The translations under genes and the position numbers were made by a program. A stretch of 64,000 nt of DNA from Marsupella aquatica (lineage: Eukaryota; Plantae; Marchantiophyta): NCBI GenBank assembly GCA_973895155.1, contig CCZZQB010000054.1, forward strand, positions 1 through 64,000, written 5' to 3'. The stretch's first letter is position 1, and each line of letters opens with the position of its first letter. Below the pieces are notes generated by a model, which was given only the letters and a program-made list of their open reading frames with translations, had not been told where the DNA came from and did not search any database. Shown here piece by piece: positions 36,501 to 46,868 of the stretch.

Positions 36501-36742
36501 ATCTTGTGCTACTTTATGACAGTAGGTATAGTAGGTTTCCAGGAAAGCTTTACACTCGCTGGTTAGGACCCTTTAGAGTAACCATGATGTTCCCCAATGG
36601 CTCCGTGCAATTGGCCAACATTACGGGAGAAGTATATCCAGTTCGCATCCATTATGACCGCCTCAAGAAATACTATATGGACGAAGATGAAGTTGTTCGC
36701 GAGGACGCTTCACAATTAAGTGGGGAGCTATGTGATGCCTAG
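33476..36742 (+). CDS. pol: A1 pol (RT, RNase H, integrase with GPY/F motif), -1 frame relative to gag-PR, no lesions seen
   Basis: DYRKLNEATLKDHFPLP, MDGYSGYNQI, FIDDF, FVDVSG, HHCC finger, WGIDYIGP, SDRGTHF, TERAN, WLGPFRV. Confidence 0.95.
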   Translation: MGSSSRDSGFSAGVVAEPTGSTTPSIIGKKLNTKGSAYKPITRAEQIEALLEAERAQRPNSQEQEVDEMDRHDPEPRQEGEPATNSKLNRPVRGQSMDTKEGTDSASPAEIPVYGGMRLERLEAELDPNLKKQINMIQARQYRKLDLGEGRELNLGRNLAPELEKEISDLLIEFQDVFAWSHQDLKGVDPTLGEHRIDLMLGAKSFRQPIRRMNPKYSLLVKTEIDKLVEAGFITPVLHSDWVSPIVIVPKKAGPDGKPKIRVCQDYRKLNEATLKDHFPLPFTDMVLDMVASHELYSFMDGYSGYNQIRIRQEDQIKTAFITEWGIYVFNRMPFGLCNAPAMFQRLMVNIFHDYLRKFMEIFIDDFAVFGKASKHAKYLRKTFMRCREVGLKLHPDKCFFAVTEGVLLGHKVSRKGIEIDKGKLAVWLDIMQPKNIKDVRSFLGCIGYYRRFIKDFAKLALPLTNMLKAGADFEPTPERVTAVVELKQMLVEAPVMIAPDWNKDFHVFVDVSGFCIGSVLSQLDEKGRDHPIYFASRQLADAERKYSTTEREALGVIYSCKKFRHYLLGYKVIFHTDHESLKYLVNKPDLTGRVARWILLLQEFDYELRIKPGKLHANADFFSRITGKPATDCIDDRFPDEELFVVEIAGTWYPEILQFLSTSRLQPGLSREQAAVFVRKVRQYQCIKGILHKHGINGMIQRCLEKREVKRVLRAMHGEEAGGHFAPVTTSKKILNAGYWWPTLHKDVYQFIKQCDPCQRAGGPRASTRHPLHPILPLAPFEKWGIDYIGPLKPLTHPRRNKYIILATDYATKWVEARPTTKDDAITTARFMYEQIFTRYGAPLELVSDRGTHFLNDIISRLNEQYLVKHRPTTPYHPKANGLTERANGIIGKILNKTVAQNKLDWDDKLFAAVFAYNLAYKSTTGHTPFFLTFGQEALVPMQLDIPTFQVTIEERASAEESLKEREYRLEALEEARMISAERVEYRQNIMKQQYDKRLKVVSIHTGDLVLLYDSRYSRFPGKLYTRWLGPFRVTMMFPNGSVQLANITGEVYPVRIHYDRLKKYYMDEDEVVREDASQLSGELCDA
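33500..33559 (+). promoter_or_regulatory. Candidate -1 ribosomal frameshift signal (G GAT TTT, 5-nt spacer, 10-bp stem, possible pseudoknot)
   Basis: Heptamer 33500-33506 is in the correct phase; stem GGCGTTGTGG 33512-33521 pairs with CCACAACGCC 33537-33546; loop GCCGA can pair with TCGGC 33555-33559. Confidence 0.65.
36718..36728 (+). promoter_or_regulatory. A1 polypurine tract
   Basis: AAGTGGGGAGC just upstream of the 3' LTR TG at 36731. Confidence 0.8.
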
Positions 36743-39700
36743 ACAGGAATCACTCGGCCGGTTAAGTGGGTAAAGCAGGAAGGCACCCTAGGAACACCTT
36801 AGTATAGTGACAAAACAAGGAAAATATAAACAATTAGGGGCAACCATGGAACCCGGGCAGAGGCCGAAGGTAAGGCTGAGGGTGAAAACCCGATTAGGGT
36901 TAGGGCGCGTTAAGCGTCGGCGGCTAGGAAGGATCAACGGGAAGAAGGACCGGCAGAGGAGAGGGGTAAGGAGCGCTTGCAGGAGATGGTGGCTCATTTG
37001 CGAGCACGAACTAGGCAGACGACTACGGGAGGCCAACTACTGTCAGCTGCTTAGGCAAGCACTCGGGAGAGAGTAGATACCGATGATCAACCTAAGGAGG
37101 GTATGAGCAACGTCAATCAAGCGGCACATTTCTGGGGATGCCTGTTCGAACGGGCAACTGAGTACATCAAGACTTACGAGGACGAGGAGTCAGAAAGGGC
37201 AGCTCGAGAACGGCAGGAGCTCGCTCGATTGTGGGAGCTGCAGAAGACGGCTTTCTTAGGAGGCGAACTCATCAAGGACGAGTTCCTGTGGACGCCTACT
37301 TCCAATCAACTCGACAATCTTCTGTTTTGCAAAGATAGCGTCGTCGGCATCCGAGAGGCCATCAAGAACTGCAACGACATACACTGGGAATTAAAGGGTA
37401 GCACGGAAAGGTGGACCCGGGCAACGGTGCTAGGAGAGACCTCCACGGCAGCAGAGATGAAGAGGAAGGGAGCCGTCAACGATGAAGCCACCCCGGCAAA
37501 AAGAACGAGGTCGGCGGCACCAAAGAAGCCAGCCGAGCAGCAGAGCAGGAGGCAGGGAGAAGCCGAAGAGGAGGAGGTCGATCCCATCAAGGCCATTCCA
37601 ACCAGGGATGACACCTGGAAGGGCTGGGCGGCAACCCTACCGGTGGAGGTGCAACTACATTTTGCACGGGAGGAGGATGCATGCTTTACGGCCATGCAGA
37701 CCAAGAAGTACCAAGGCTTCATGGCCGGATCCGGCTTGGAGGCCTTTGTAAGATTACCATGGCTGAAGCCGGAGGTACCGGAGTCAGACCTATTAGAATT
37801 CGTGGGGTCATGGGAACCCGAGACCAATTGCACGAGGATATATGGGAAGGATTTCTATCTTACTCCCAAGGTGATTGCCGAAGTGTTTGGCTTGCCGATG
37901 GGCAATAAGACCAAAGTTGATACCAGGAAGACCTTGCCTGACAAGGAGTTCCGGTCGTTCCCCGGGCCATCAACGAAGAATGGCTTCTTCCGGAACACCT
38001 GCACCAACCCGCACATAGGAGAGATGATCGACTTCTTGCGGGTGACCATGCATTGTAACTTGCCGAGGGCAGAGATCGGCAAAGCACAGGTCTATCTGGC
38101 AGAAAGACCAGACCCAATCCGGGACTACAATGGGTACCTCCTCAACCAATTGAAGAAGATCTTAAAGGAGGAGCAGCAGGTAATCGGCATGGGGAGCGTG
38201 TCGCGGCTTGGCTATCACATGCCACTGTTGTGCCGGTATGCCAGAGGTCAGACTTTTGCCCCGGTACTTCCCCTGCAGGTAAGGGCACCCGAGGAAGCTC
38301 CAACGCCGAGGCCGTTGGCTGAGAAGCCTCAACCACCTGTTAGTCCTACGATCGAGCAGGTGTTTAGGCCCAGGAAGGAAGACTTGCCGATGCAGCAACC
38401 AGGCATGCAGAGTCTGCTGAAACTACTGGAGAAAGAAAAGAAATCGGCATCGGCAACAACAACAACGGCAACGGCAACAATGCAGGACACTACTACAGAG
38501 GTAGGCCTACACCGGCTCACAAGAGAAAACCCCTTTGCTGGAGACAAGGAGAGAATCAGGCCGGAATCCAAGCCAGGTGTTCGAATGTACGTGGGAACCT
38601 CAAGCTCCGAATCTGAGGCAGAATTGCCTGAAGCTCCTACCGAGGAAGAGGAGAGGGAGAAGCCGGAAATCCAAGAGGTAGAGGAGGCAGTGGAGGACTG
38701 CAGCCATGATAATTCCGGCTATGGGTCGGACCATTACGTTCCAGGAGTAAGGACCTGTGGCCGGTTTGTCCCCACACTTCCAAGGGTAGTGCGAGGGGAC
38801 CCCAACCAGCAGAGTAGCCCTGAGTCTCCCCCACCAGATGTTGCTCCCCCGAGCTTCGACGGCATAAAACAGACGGTGCAGGAATTTCAGGAGCGAATCA
38901 AGCAAGAGGAAGAGGCCGCCCTGGCTAAGGAAAAGGATTTACCAGGAGGAGATTGGCCGGAGGACATCAGGCGGCTAGCCGAAAAAGGAAGCAAACCTCT
39001 AGCCACGATTGAAGAGATCCGCAGGACGGCTTGGGAGCAGAGGCCACGATGGGCGATGCCGATCACTTCTACTTACTCCACCTACGCTAAGAATAGAGCC
39101 ATGGAGTATGGTGAGATGTGTGGGGAACTTGCGCTCGGCATCTTTGGAGAGGAGTTGGAGGTAGGACCCTTTTCCATAGGGAGCAGTTGGAGAAGCACCA
39201 ATTAGAAGAAGCGGTGGCTTTAGAGAGAAGCAAGAAGGACGAGGTCATTCGGCGGCTTAGGAGGATGGAAGCCGAGATTGAAGATCTAAGGGCGGCCAAG
39301 AAAGCCCAAGATGAACTGCGGATTAAACGACATGAGCTGAACATCATGCAGGGGCAGTTGGACGCCGCGCAGGCTGATAATCAGAATATCAAGGATAAAC
39401 TGACTCAGACGCAGGAAGAGTTGGCCGACACGATCAAAGAAAGGGAAAAGTGGAAGCAAGAGCTAAAGAATACAGAGGAGGCCCACATAACAGCCAACAG
39501 CCGGGCCATGGCGGAGACCCAAAGAAAGGAATGGGCGTTGAAAGGGGAGCTCGAGAAAATCCGCGGAGCCCTTGAGCAGAAGGAGGTCGAGTTAGGGAAA
39601 TCCTATCAAGGGATTATGGCGCTGCAGCAGGAGCTTGCGTCCCTGACGGCCAGCTTCAAGGCCGACCTAAGGGAGAAGGACGAGATGCTCGAACAGACTT

Positions 39701-41391
39701 ACGCCAAGATGAACCAGATGGAGTCTGTCATCATTGCAGAACTCGACAAGGAGCTAAGAGCAACCCAGGAGGAGAGGGCTACCTTGAAGAAGGAATTGGA
39801 GGAAGCCCACAGGGAGCAGGAGGAGGCCAAAAACGAGCTGGAGGGGGCACGTAAGGACCTGGATGAAACCCAAGAGGAGTTGGAGGAAATCACGAGGAAG
39901 ATGGAAAACCTACAGCGGCGGGCCGACAACCAAACAGAGCGGCTGAAGAAACAAGCCGCAGTATTTAAAGGCTTAGCTGCAGCAGGTCCATCTCCTGTTG
40001 GGACAAACCAGTTACCAGGGGTGGTAATTGCCGAAGGACAAGCCGCGCCACCTGCACCAATGCCGGAGGTAAGTGGGAAGGGGAAGGGACCAGCTGCCGA
40101 GCCACCAACGAAGAAGAAGCGGAAACCTTCAGGGTCAAGGAGTAATACGACTTCACAGGCCGTGGTGATCAAGGAGGTAGACCCAGCACCGACCCCAGAC
40201 AGGGTCACGGCTAAGGATCCAACTACCCTAGGGGAAGGGGAGGCCGAAGCCGTGGGAGTGGCTGAAGCCGAAGCCGTGGGAGTGGCTGAAGCCGAAGCCG
40301 TGGGTATTACCGAGGCCGGTGTCGAGGCCGAAGCCGAAGGTGGACCCAGTCAGGCCGATGGAGAGTTGACTCGGTCAAGGGCAGGTAATCTGTCAGTAGG
40401 CGGGCCAACGGCAGTGGCTAAGGAGGAAGTATTGGGGGCGTCCATTGAGGATCCACCACCGGTGTCGTGACGGTGCAAGGGCGCCGTTCCTTTTAGGGAG
40501 GGCGAACGTGGAGGGAGGAGGCGTGAGTGGGCAGGGCGGGCACGGATCTCCACGTTTAGGATTAGGATCAGAACCAGGAGCGGCCCTGACACTTAGCTTA
40601 GTGGGATTGCGGTCCCACTGGTAGGAGCAACACTTGTGCTCCTGCCTTGCTGTACATAGGTAGATTCGGGCAAGTAGATTACTGTCAGGTAGATTAGGCT
40701 TACGATGCAAAGAATGGCGGATCCACTACCAGGATAAGTACCTGGGCAGCGGGGAGCTCATGGCCTCTTCTTTAGCAAGTTTTTAGTTTGCACCAGCCGG
40801 GCTGGGATCAAGTAGTACGAGAAGCTCTCGGTTAGTCATACAGTGACCCTTGTGTATATTCATGTTTCCTCATGCCTAAGAGCTGAATAGAGTTGGCCTC
40901 ACGGCTTAGTTCGCAGAACTTGTGTATGAGATGTACTGTTTGTATGGCAAGTGCATGGTATGACTCAATCAGAATGAGTCAATTTGCTATTTGTGTGTCG
41001 CATTAACTTGTGTGAAGAGTGCCCACATCAACAGAAGGAAGGAAAGTAAGCAGGGGAGTGAGAGTTGGATGTGTCGAGCTGAGAGAGGTCTTAGCGGCTT
41101 AACCAAGCCTATTGGGGATCATTCCGGCGGCGGAATCCAAACATACCTAACAAGACGGAGGGGAAGACAGGGGAAGACAAGGGAAGGCCTATATTAGGCC
41201 GGCTACGTATCTCATGACCCGATGAAGGATCTGTCCAGTATATGTGTGTAAAATGTTAATAGTAGTAGTAGAAGGTTAGCAGCGTCCCATGCCGCTAAGC
41301 CGCGGAAACGGCCTCGCCAAGCACGAAACCTGCGGGAATTGGCTTGAGCTGGGGGGTTTCTTGGGGTTAGGGAGCCATGGGACGCACCACA
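36731..41391 (+). repeat. A1 3' LTR (4,661 bp)
   Basis: Direct repeat of the 5' LTR with only scattered substitutions. Confidence 0.95.
36846..40470 (+). pseudogene. LTR-encoded ORF of A1 3' LTR (same two frameshifts)
   Basis: ORFs 36807-37076, 37103-39205 and 39118-40470. Confidence 0.8.
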
Positions 41392-41396
41392 GTGAC

Positions 41397-42939
41397 CAAG
41401 GAGGTAAACCCGGCACCAACCACAGGCAGGGTCACGGTAGAGGATCCAACTACCCTAGAAGGTGGGGATGGCAAAGCCAAGGCCAAGACACTCAGTGATG
41501 AAGCCGGGGTAACGGATCCACCACTAGAGCATGTCGGGGAGGCCGTAGCCGTATTAGAGGCCGTGGTCGATGCTGAGGGCGAAGCCGAGGGTGGACCCGG
41601 TCAGGCCGCGGGTGAGTTGACTGGGTCTGGGGCAGGTAATCTGTTAGAGGATGGACCTACGGTAGTGGTTGCGGAGGAAGCATTGGGGGCGTCCATTGAG
41701 GATTAGCCACCGCTACCATGACGGTGGTGGAGGGCCACTCCTTTTAAGGAGGGCGGACGTGGAGGGAGGAGGCGTGAGTGGGCAGGGCGGGCTCAGATCT
41801 CCAAGTTTAGAATTAGGATAAGGACCAAGAGGCGGCCCTGACACTTAGATTAGTGGGATTGCGGATCCACTGGTAAGAAGAACACTTGTGCTCCTGCCTC
41901 GCTGTACATAGGTAAATTATAATTAGGATAGATTAGGCTTACACTACAAGGAATTAGGCAGATCCACTACCAAGATAAGTACCTGGGCAGCGAGGAGTTG
42001 AGGCCTTCTTCTTTAGCAAGTTTTTAGTGCACCAGCAGGGCTGTGAAACTTGTGTATATTCATGTTTCCTCATGCCTAAGAGATGAATAGAGTTGGCCTC
42101 AAGGCTTAGTTTGCAAATCTTCATTGAATGGTAGCAATTTTATAAATTTTGTTCCCCCACAAAAAGCCCCACGGGAAGGGCGCACAAACAGGCAGCAAGG
42201 CCAAGAAGGCAACATCCAGTAGGGTAGCAGCCCAATCACACCGACACAACAAAGGGCCAGGCTTCCGCCTCAACCCAACACCCCCGCGCCCGGACAGAGC
42301 ACAACAGGGAGGGCACCCCTAAATACACAAAGAAACACATCACACGGCCAGTCCAAATTTGGAGAGCACGGCCAAGAAAGCAACAAAAGGCAGCCAACAA
42401 GCGGCCCATCACCCAAAAGAGATCAATCTCCCACCACCGCCAACCCAACCCCTACGAAGACTGTCAATCCAGTTTGCAGATCTTGTGTATGAGAAGTACT
42501 GTTTGTATGGCAAGTGCATGGTATAACTCAGTCAGAAGGAGTCATTTTGCTATTTGTGTGTCGCATTAACTTGTTTGAAGATTGCCCGCATTAACCAAGA
42601 AGGGAGTAAGCAAGGTAGTAAGAGTTGGATGTGTCGAGCTGAGAGAGGTCTTAGTGGCTTACCCAAGCCAATTGGGGATCATTCTGGCGGCAAAATCCAA
42701 ACATACCTAAAGGAAGACCAAGAGAGGAGGCCAAGGGAAGACATAGAAGAGGCCGACTACGTATCTCATGACCCGATGAAGGATCTGTCCAATATATGTG
42801 TATAAGTTGTTTGTAGAATGAGGTTAGCAGCGTCCTATGCCGCTAAGCCGCAGAACCGGCCTCACCGAGAGCAAAACCTACGGGAATCGACTTGTGCAGG
42901 GGGGTTTCTTGGGTTTAGGGAGCCATGGGACGCACCACA
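41397..42939 (+). mobile_element. Oldest family A LTR (A''), right segment to LTR end
   Basis: Continues the decayed ORF and ends GGGACGCACCACA at 42939, directly against transposase coding sequence. Confidence 0.85.
42122..42470 (-). mobile_element. 349-bp insertion with 14-bp TSD, probable truncated non-LTR retroelement
   Basis: Flanked by AGTTTGCAAATCTT (42108-42121) and AGTTTGCAGATCTT (42471-42484); absent from other A LTRs; G/T-rich on the minus strand. Confidence 0.55.
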
Positions 42940-43509
42940 GGAGGAAACTCAAATACAACATTTCCATTGTACTTGTTTGGCAAACAAGGAACTTGCTCGT
43001 GTTGGAAGTCCCCTGCCGCGATAAATCTTGACAGTTCACTATGTCCCGTGGCCTTGAGTAAGGCATCCATTGCACTCCGCCGGTAACCTTATGGACACCT
43101 CCGGAGGTGGCCACCGGTTCACTCTTAAGGCAACTAGAGTCTGGAACTTTGTACTTCACAGGAGGATTGGGCGCAACATCATCATCTTCACTCTAAGATA
43201 TTTCAACAACCTGGGTCAAAATGTTCTCAACAACCGATTGAAGAGGAGTAAGTTGGACATGAAGCGAGTAACAAAGTTCGACATTCATGTGCCAGAAACG
43301 TATTCCTCATCCACATCAAATGTCGCAGCACGTTCAAGTCCTGCACTCATTGACTCCTCATGAACAATCGACGCAATGTCATTGATTCTCAAATCGAATC
43401 TCCCACACAGGTAGGTTTCGCTTACTTGCTTGTAAGTATCATAAACTTGCATGGGAACCTTGACGACGTCCCCAGTACAAGCACGTGTAATAACAATTGA
43501 GCGCAACAT
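42940..43509 (-). pseudogene. Transposase N-terminal fragment, copy 1 (cut by A'' insertion)
   Basis: SIVITRACTGDVV..YLCGRFDLRINDI and HEQVPCLPNKYNGNVVFEFPP match 53411-53990. Confidence 0.8.
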
Positions 43510-44473
43510 TGTAGATGAATGAAGTTAAAGCCACTGGAAATTCATGCACTAAGCCAATCCCGGCCGTATGGGTTGCTTATACCACCCCTTCAAAGAGCAC
43601 CGGCCGTTAAAAGAGTTGTTTCAATACGACAGAGAACACGCACAACTTTGCGTCCGTTGAAATCATAAATGAAACATTTGTCCTTTTTGCCCGACAAGTG
43701 CGGGTGTCAGGAATATTTATAACATGAATACGACTAGATAATATCCTATACAAGTGCGTCCATTTCATTAGCGTTGGGCGCTACCTAAAAAGCATCTGAA
43801 TAACAATGACTTAATTTGAAAAGTCTTGTGACTAGTGCCTGGCGCTAGCATAATCATACACGCAATATTCATGAATTGTTTTTGCAAAATATTCCATTAC
43901 AAGCATTTTTAAGTTCAAATACAGTAAATTGGTACTAGCGCTGCACTCGGCGCTAGTATTGATACAATATACTTAATACCTTAATATCAAGTAAAGTTTA
44001 GTTACTATGGTTGAGAAGAGTACATTTGGAAGTTTGTTAACAATATCTGGTACTAAAATGCAACATTAATCAAATGATTCACATGGCTAGCGCTGGGCGC
44101 TAGCATTTGTTCACCAATAAGTTTTTGAATTTAGTGGTCACTTCTTTGTTAGCGCCTGGCGCTGGCATTGCATGTCTGTCTGAAAGGTGTGGAGACAACG
44201 GTAACATTTAACGGTCACTATTGTTTAGCGTGATGATCACGCCAACATTTTAGCGTAATTCACATTAATACTTCTCACGATTTCTAAATTGTCGCCTTCT
44301 GTCACGGATAAGTAATATTGAATCTCGTCGTTCACAATGAGTAACGTCTGATTACAAAGAGGGGAATAGAGCTCATTGATCGGATATAATACGGATGCAA
44401 TTGTTAATATGGTACGAAGAATTGGTAATCGGTCGTGAGAATTCTGTTCATAGACCTTTCATCATAAAGACGA

Positions 44474-45690
44474 TGGATGCAGTCCCCTCCTCGTCGAGGG
44501 GGTATAGTGTGGTTGGGGATTGGGATCGTGGGTATTGCGAGTCTTCTGAGTCTTCATTCTCTGGTTCAATGTATACACGTCGAGTAACAAGGTCCACCGC
44601 ATCGCTTATTCCAATCTTTGGTATTTCATTTGCCAAGCCAGTGAGAATGAAAATGGAGAATCTTGATACATTTGCAATTCAAGATGTTTCATTTTCGGAG
44701 ATCGATCTTATTTCAAAACACGTCATGTCTTTTGGGAAAGATTTCAGAGGTTTTGACAAAGAGCCTTCACAAATTCCGCTATGTCGATTGGTGCATATGG
44801 AGGTTGTCCGAACTCTGCAGAAAGATAGCTCTTCCATCGACAAGCTGAAAGACTCTTTCCGTAGCATGGGATACAATTCTTCAATTGGAATGAGGTTTAT
44901 GTTCAGCCCACTGATGCTGAGGGAGTGCTTCTCACCTGTACTCAAGAAATTTGTGATAGTTGGGATCCAATATGGACATCTGAGAATGAGAAATTTGAGG
45001 AAGAATATGCTGCCGACCCAGATTTTCTGGTTTTGAAGGATAGAATGTTCTCCATTTTTTACGGGAACCATAGGCTTTACTCATGGACACTTGTCACATA
45101 GGAGAATCCCCAAAACCCAAAGTACCACCCGCGAGTGCTTTGTACAGTTTTCAATGGGGACAAGGGTTCACTGATAGAAATCAAAGTTGCTATGCACATC
45201 GTAACCAGTAAGAGTTCTCTTTTGTGCATAACTTTGTGAGTCATTGTGAATTGTTAATTCTTTCTAGCATAACTTTCTGAGGCCATGTTTTACAAGCGCC
45301 TGACGCTGCTTATATGTTCTCATTTTGTTCTTTTATTTCAGGCTTGGACAAGCCGTTGTGGAACCCTCCTGGATCCTAGACGTCGATTGAATTAAGTGGA
45401 TCTTGATGCACGACCTGGAGTATTATAGTAAGCTCATCGACCCAACGAATTACAAGAAGTTTGAGCAGATCAGGATGAAGATGCAGAAGGAATCCTGGTA
45501 CACAAAGAAGATGCCTCAGGAGGCTCTTGTGTACATTCTATGTCAAGATAAGATTAAGTCGAATTCAAACCAGTTCAAGATTGACATGGAGTCCGTTGCG
45601 GCCCTCGGTACCCCTTGGTCGGTCGAGGAGGTTTCCAAAAGGCATGCTGTTATGATGAAGGAAGCAACGAGGTGTTTACAAAAGGCAGGA
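44474..45690 (+). pseudogene. ParB/Srx-like gene copy 1, N-terminal exons
   Basis: IPLCRLVHMEVVRTLQ..IDKLKDSF..FYGNHRLYSW (45060-45086); GT-AG intron ~45209-45340; SWYTKKMPQEALVYILC. Confidence 0.75.
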
Positions 45691-46868
45691 AAACAGGAAA
45701 CAGGCATTCATAACAGAAACTGGTAACAAGGAAAAAGACTGGTAACAGGAAAATTCTAGTCTCAAACTTTTGAAAAAAATTTCTGGTAGCACCCGGCGCT
45801 GGTAAAAATAGCGCCGACGGCGAGGTTTTTTTAAAAGACACCAAAAAAACAAACAGGAGTAAATATAAGAAACTCGTACCGGTAGGAACTCTCCACGGTT
45901 ATTGCTAGCGCCGAGCGCTGTGAAGAGTCTATAATTTGTACCAATTGCACTCTCGGAGGATATTTAATGAAGGGGGTTATGAAATGTTTGATCTCGGAAT
46001 GCTATTTAAGTCAATTATAATTAACCAAAACCTTTCAGTAGCGCCTGGCGCTACTACAGTAATCCCAGTTGACAACCATCGTCTATTCTAGCCTCCTCCC
46101 GATCAGGGTCTTTCCAGAAGACATCTAGCTGCAAAGATCCATGACTATTCCCGCCAGTTCACCTAATACCATAAAATCAGACGGAAAACAAAACATTCAT
46201 GCAACACAGCCCGGAAAGAATCGATCCACACCCAAGAACCCTTAGAAAATTGGGAAGCGCCCGACGCTAACCAATATTGCACCTGAGAACATGTCTTCAC
46301 AACTCAAACTTCAAGAATCTGAAATAAAATATAATAGTGACAGTATGTTTGAGGAGCGCCTGGCGCTAGTAAAAGTTGAAAGGGCTTAAAATCAGCCAAT
46401 TCATCGAAATGGTTACATATTGAAACATTAAATGATGTATTTGAAGAAAACCCCATTGCTACCTATAAACTACCAGATGTTTTTGATGCGGAGCTTTCAG
46501 ATTTGTCTGTGGACTCGGCTTTGTCATCAATGTACTTGCTTCGGGAAACATCATCTATATAAGGGTTGCTCATGAACTTCCTGTCTGCTCCCCTCTGAAG
46601 ACGTAGATCTTTTGTTTCCCAACAAAAAGTTCTAATTTTGTCAACCCTCCTAGCGGCATTTTCAGCGTATGAGGGAAAAACAAACGGCTTCTCAGGATTG
46701 ACAATTATATTCCTAGCTAGTCTCCTCCGGAGTTGGAAATGCTTCCTCAGATTCCATTCTGACCTGATCCAGTAAAACGGAAAAACATATGAGTTTAGGA
46801 GATAAGAGAGCAAGAACCCAGAATTGTCAACAACACTTGAAAGGATAAAGAAGCTTACTGGAAGAACA

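Larger units (their letters stand above)
24450..41391 (+). mobile_element. Full-length Ty3/gypsy element A1 with 4,661-bp coding LTRs
   Basis: TG..CA, TSD GTGAC (24445-24449, 41392-41396), PBS 30511, PPT ~36718-36728, gag-PR and RT-RH-INT ORFs; no chromodomain or extra RNase H seen. Confidence 0.95.
42940..45690. mobile_element. Mutator-like element copy 1 (partial): transposase 5' end (minus) head-to-head with ParB-like gene (plus)
   Basis: Both genes are homologous to those of copy 2 and lie in mirror orientation; palindromes occupy the spacer. Confidence 0.8.

Noticed and set aside
45760-46460. Terminal inverted repeat of the Mutator-like element
   Set aside because: No matching inverted sequence found near 57.6-57.7 kb; the right end is probably displaced by the A insertion, so termini are left uncalled.
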